From contig DGDZ01000054.1 of assembly GCA_002385705.1 (NCBI GenBank), positions 386 through 27,154 of the forward strand: 26,769 nucleotides of DNA, in the 5' to 3' direction. Below the pieces are notes generated by a model. The model was not told where the DNA came from. It worked only from the letters and a program-made list of their open reading frames with translations, and made no database searches. The stretch comes from Verrucomicrobia subdivision 3 bacterium UBA3939 (GTDB lineage: Bacteria > Verrucomicrobiota > Verrucomicrobiia > Limisphaerales > UBA3939). A program made the translations under genes and the position numbers. Below, in pieces: positions 23,521 to 26,769 of the stretch (positions are counted from its first letter, which is position 1; the number at the start of each line of letters is the position of its first letter).

Positions 23521-23977
23521 AAAGTCAGAATCGAATTTCTATCAAAAAGAGCGCGCAATATAAGGAGCGTGCACCGGCCGTGCAAGCAGTTATTTTTCAC
23601 CAACCGAGCGCCGTCGGAGCGCGGCTGTCCCCAGCCGCAGCAGGTGGACGAAGCTTTTCAACCACGGATCCCGCGGCCGCGGGACGGATGGACACGGATA
23701 GGAAACGGCAACGTCAAAGGCCTGACGCGCGAATCGACGCGGAAGGTGGCGAACCGCTGTTCAGGCTGAAGGCCTCACACAAGACAGCCCGGGGCAAGCG
23801 AGCCTGCGAGCGCCGCGCCGGGTGACGAAATCCAGAATTGGATTCCAGCACTGTAAGTGCGTCACAAACGGAACGGCGAACGGCGTCAAGTACCAAAGAC
23901 AAGAACCACACGAAAGGACGTCGGGCAGGCCGAAGCTCCGGGACGAAGAAGCCGACACGCCTTCCGGACATCGTCGC

Positions 23978-24814
23978 TCAGTCCGTTTCCCTCGCCAACC
24001 GTTCAGCGTACGCGCGTCGGAGCTCGCTGGTGATCCTGGAAGTGCGCAAAGCGGTGCCGTCCAATGAATCCGCTTCCACAATTCCGCGCGAACTGAGCGT
24101 CAGAAAAACGCCCTCCGACGATCTCAATTGCTCGGGCGTAACGCTGCGTTCCACGAGCGGGATGCCGAGTGAGTGGCAAAGCTCGATGACGACTGCACGG
24201 GTGGTTCCTTCCACGATTCCTCCCAGGCGCGTCGTGCAGACGCAGTCGCTATCGTCGATCCAGAAAAGATTGCTGCTCGAACCCTGCGCGACGGTTTCGC
24301 CATCGCCGAGCAGCAACAACGCTTCGTCCGCGCCCGCGGCGTCGGCTTCCATTCGGGCGCGGATCTGCGGGAGGCGGTTGGCGGTCTTGAATCGCGCAAG
24401 CGGGTCGGAGCCGGGCAGGCGCACGGTGGACGTGATCAGGCTCCACGAAGGTTTGGGTGGGGGGAGTGGGTGCAGCGAGAGCACGATCGTGGGATTCGTG
24501 GCGTCACGCGGAGAGTAGCCGCGCGGGCCGGGTCCTCTCGACAGGGTCAGGCGCAACAAAGCGTCGGGCAGGTTGTTTCGAGTCGCCAGTTCTCGGGCTG
24601 TTTTCTGCAGCGCGTCGTCTTCCATCGGCAACGGGATGCCCAGGAATCCGGCGCCTGCTTTCAGCCGACCGAGGTGGCGGTTCCATTGAAACGGCACGCC
24701 GTTGCGCACCCGGATCGTTTCAAACAATCCGTCGCCATAGAGGAATCCACGATCAAAGACCGGGACGAGCGCTTCTTCCTCGGGCACAAACCTGCCGTTG
24801 ATGAAAACGATCAT
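23978..24814 (-). CDS. pabC: Class IV (PLP fold-type IV) aminotransferase-family protein, most likely aminodeoxychorismate lyase. The ORF is open to 25039, but the conserved N-terminus MIVFINGRFVPEEEALVPVFDRGFLYGDGLFETIRV starts at 24814.
   Basis: Fold-type IV N-terminal signature (DRGFLYGDGLFET). An ATGA overlap with the upstream pabB-like gene is typical of pabBC pairs. Confidence 0.65.
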   Translation of the reverse strand: MIVFINGRFVPEEEALVPVFDRGFLYGDGLFETIRVRNGVPFQWNRHLGRLKAGAGFLGIPLPMEDDALQKTARELATRNNLPDALLRLTLSRGPGPRGYSPRDATNPTIVLSLHPLPPPKPSWSLITSTVRLPGSDPLARFKTANRLPQIRARMEADAAGADEALLLLGDGETVAQGSSSNLFWIDDSDCVCTTRLGGIVEGTTRAVVIELCHSLGIPLVERSVTPEQLRSSEGVFLTLSSRGIVEADSLDGTALRTSRITSELRRAYAERLARETD

Positions 24815-26256
24815 TGCCTGGACGGAACCGCGGGCGCACGGAGATCTGCTTCGCGCAGGCTGAGCGCGGCAAGAAAACCGCGAGCTTTCGCCACCGTTTC
24901 CTCGTATTCCGCCGCGGGATCGGAATCGGCGACAATGCCGGCGCCGACGTTGAAGTGGGCCTGGCCGTTTGCGCAGATCGCAGTGCGGATGGTGATGCTC
25001 AGATGGCTTTCGCGATTGAAACCGAGGAACCCATGGCAACCGGTGTAAGGCCCGCGGGAAACGGGTTCGAGTTCGTCAATGATTTCCATCGCACGGATCT
25101 TGGGCGCGCCGGTGATGCTGCCGCCGGGGAAACAGGACGCAAACGCCGCGAAATGCGTGATATCCGGGCGTAAACGCCCTTCGACGGTCGATACGAGATG
25201 ATGCACCTGGGGGAAGTGTTCGAGCCGGCAGAGTTCGGGCACCTGGACGGAGCCGAACTCGCAGACCTTGCCGAGATCGTTCCGCAGCAGATCGGTGATC
25301 ATCACCAGTTCGGCCGTCTCTTTTGCGCTGGTCTGGAGTTCGTAGCCGAGTTGTGCATCGCGCGTGGGATCTGCCGAGCGCGGGCGGGTTCCCTTGATCG
25401 GGCGCGTTTGCACCTGCGCGCCGCTCATGCGGAGGAACTGCTCGGGAGACGACGATGCGATCTGGAAATCGCCGCAGTCGATGAACGCGGAGTAGGGCGC
25501 CGGCGAAACGGCGCTGAGCCTGCGGAACCATTGCCAGCCCGAGAGATTGCTGGGGACCGTGAACCGATGCGACAGGTTCACCTGGTAGATGTGCCCGGCG
25601 CGGATGTACTCCTGCGCGCGCCTGACCCGGTCCATGAATTCGGCGCGGGACAGGGTGGACACGGGGTCGGCGGCCTGCTGTTCGGCGGGCGAATCGGTGG
25701 GCGGTGTCACGCCCCGCTCCATGGCAGCCCGCCACCAATCGAGCTGCGCCGCGGCGCGTTGTTCGGTGCGCGAGCCGTCTTCGCACAGGCCCGTTGCGAT
25801 GATCCATGCGTGCCCGAGCCGATGATCGAACGCGACGAGGCTGTCGTAGAAACCCACGTGGCAATCCGGCAATTCGAGATCGTTGATCGCGCGCCGGGGA
25901 AGGCGCGGTTCAACAAAGTTCTTCAGACCGTAGCCCCAGTAACCGAAGCAGCCGCCCATGGGGAAGGGTGAGTCGGCGTCTTCAAGGAGCTCGTATCGCG
26001 ACATCAGGCTGTCGAGCAGGTTCCAGGGATTGCCGAAGCGCGCCTGGACGGAACGCGCGGCGCGGCTGCGAATTTCGCAAAGCGAACCCGTCGAGCGAAA
26101 CACGAGGAAAGGGCGCGCCGTGGCGAAAGAATAGCGAGCGTGCGGCGAGGCGAAGTGCCGGCTCCGAAGAAGCACAACGCCCGGTTCGCCGGCGAGTTGC
26201 TCCGCCAGTGTGTCCGGGTCAATGGCTGTGGCGACCTGTTGAACCAATGAACGCAT
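24811..26256 (-). CDS. pabB: Chorismate-utilising enzyme, aminodeoxychorismate synthase component I-like. The ORF is open to 26355. The start was chosen at MRSLVQQVATAIDPDT.
   Basis: Chorismate-binding C-terminal motifs are present: FPGGSITGAPKIRAMEIIDELEPVSRGPYTGCHGFLGF and IRTAICANG...GAGIVADSDPAAEYEET. The placement next to a class IV aminotransferase is consistent with a PabB call. TrpE/PabB ambiguity remains. Confidence 0.75.
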   Translation of the reverse strand: MRSLVQQVATAIDPDTLAEQLAGEPGVVLLRSRHFASPHARYSFATARPFLVFRSTGSLCEIRSRAARSVQARFGNPWNLLDSLMSRYELLEDADSPFPMGGCFGYWGYGLKNFVEPRLPRRAINDLELPDCHVGFYDSLVAFDHRLGHAWIIATGLCEDGSRTEQRAAAQLDWWRAAMERGVTPPTDSPAEQQAADPVSTLSRAEFMDRVRRAQEYIRAGHIYQVNLSHRFTVPSNLSGWQWFRRLSAVSPAPYSAFIDCGDFQIASSSPEQFLRMSGAQVQTRPIKGTRPRSADPTRDAQLGYELQTSAKETAELVMITDLLRNDLGKVCEFGSVQVPELCRLEHFPQVHHLVSTVEGRLRPDITHFAAFASCFPGGSITGAPKIRAMEIIDELEPVSRGPYTGCHGFLGFNRESHLSITIRTAICANGQAHFNVGAGIVADSDPAAEYEETVAKARGFLAALSLREADLRAPAVPSRQ

Positions 26257-26540
26257 GCGATCCGTCAGGCCGGTTGTTCTGTCCGCACTGGCCGGACGAT
26301 CCTGTCTGTATGCGGCCGCCGGCGCCGGCTTTCGTGCGCGAGCGCGGGTTGCCAATCTTCCAGGGACCAGGCGTGCATGGCGAAATGCTGAAGGGAAGGA
26401 CGCGGAAGGGCAATGAGATTTGCGATCGACGCGTTGGCTTCAACCTCATGGGTGTCGTGCGTCCTATGCCGTCAAGCTACGGACAAGGTTTGCGACAAAG
26501 TGGAGGCGGGATGGCAAGAATGCCAGGCTGGTGCGCGGTC

Positions 26541-26565
26541 CGGAGCGCGACTCTGCGAGTCGCAG
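26541..26565. repeat. REP-like element core: cggagcgcgactctgcgagtcgcag (hairpin gcgactc-tgc-gagtcgc).
   Basis: It is identical over 19 nt to 26751..26769 and 24/25 to 2487..2512. Confidence 0.6.
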
Positions 26566-26704
26566 CACGACCGAAGGCTCAAAAGCGGTCAGGGATCCGC
26601 AGGCAATCGCGTCTCCCAATGCGTGGATGTTCTAATGGAATCGATGGTGCGTCCGCGCGTTTGCTGAACTCGGAGTCGCACGCTTCGTCCACGCGCTGCG
26701 ACTG

Positions 26705-26769
26705 GTCCCGCAGAGCGGGACACAGTCGCGCTCCGGGTCGCAGACCCGATCGGAGCGCGACTCTGCGAG
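26705..26769. repeat. Cluster of nested palindromes. It contains the hairpin gtcccgc-aga-gcgggac (26705-26721). It also contains a 12-bp perfect inverted repeat agtcgcgctccg (26724-26735) / cggagcgcgact (26751-26762) around a 15-nt loop. It ends with another REP-like head that is cut by the window edge.
   Basis: Read directly. The element is truncated at the window boundary. Confidence 0.55.

Noticed and set aside
23838-25971. Plus-strand ORFs (226, 291, 257 aa) antisense to pabC/pabB
   Set aside because: The sense strand carries chorismate-binding and class IV aminotransferase motifs. These are GC-driven antisense frames.

Overview
This 26.8-kb window is high-GC bacterial chromosome. By eye the GC content is ~65%. 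The gene content is consistent with a Verrucomicrobia- or Planctomycetes-like genome: pectinolytic enzymes, a PGPGW protein, and pilin-like small membrane proteins. That placement is an inference.

Layout of the window:
- Positions 1-6.9 kb hold a pectin-utilisation cluster: a secreted PL1 pectate lyase, a GH43-like beta-propeller hydrolase and a GH28 hydrolase. A CPBP intramembrane protease and a small PGPGW membrane protein sit in the same stretch.
- Positions 6.85-9.33 kb hold pheT on the minus strand.
- Positions 9.6-20.7 kb hold an ~11-kb plus-strand block: an SPFH/band-7 protein, an Arc-like RHH protein, a flotillin-like protein with an E/A-rich coiled coil, a giant 1831-aa protein carrying a single MoxR/AAA_5-type ATPase domain, a 277-aa coiled-coil/acidic protein, and two small membrane-anchored proteins.
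- Positions 20.7-26.3 kb hold a minus-strand series: a SAM-dependent methyltransferase, pheS, rplT, rpmI, and a pabB-pabC-like pair.

The plus-strand block therefore sits exactly between pheS and pheT of a same-orientation rpmI-rplT-pheS...pheT array. It looks like an inserted, possibly undescribed, flotillin-associated AAA+ megaprotein system.

Several small repeat families are also present. One is a REP-like family with a conserved CCGGAGCGCG head followed by a variable hairpin, with at least 7 copies. Another is a near-identical 41-bp nested palindrome present twice in a divergent promoter region. Heptanucleotide arrays (CAYCCAA / TTGGRTG) flank the SPFH-RHH module. A ~50-bp repeat occurs twice at the window start.

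Many long antisense ORFs in the six-frame track are GC-driven artefacts and were rejected.
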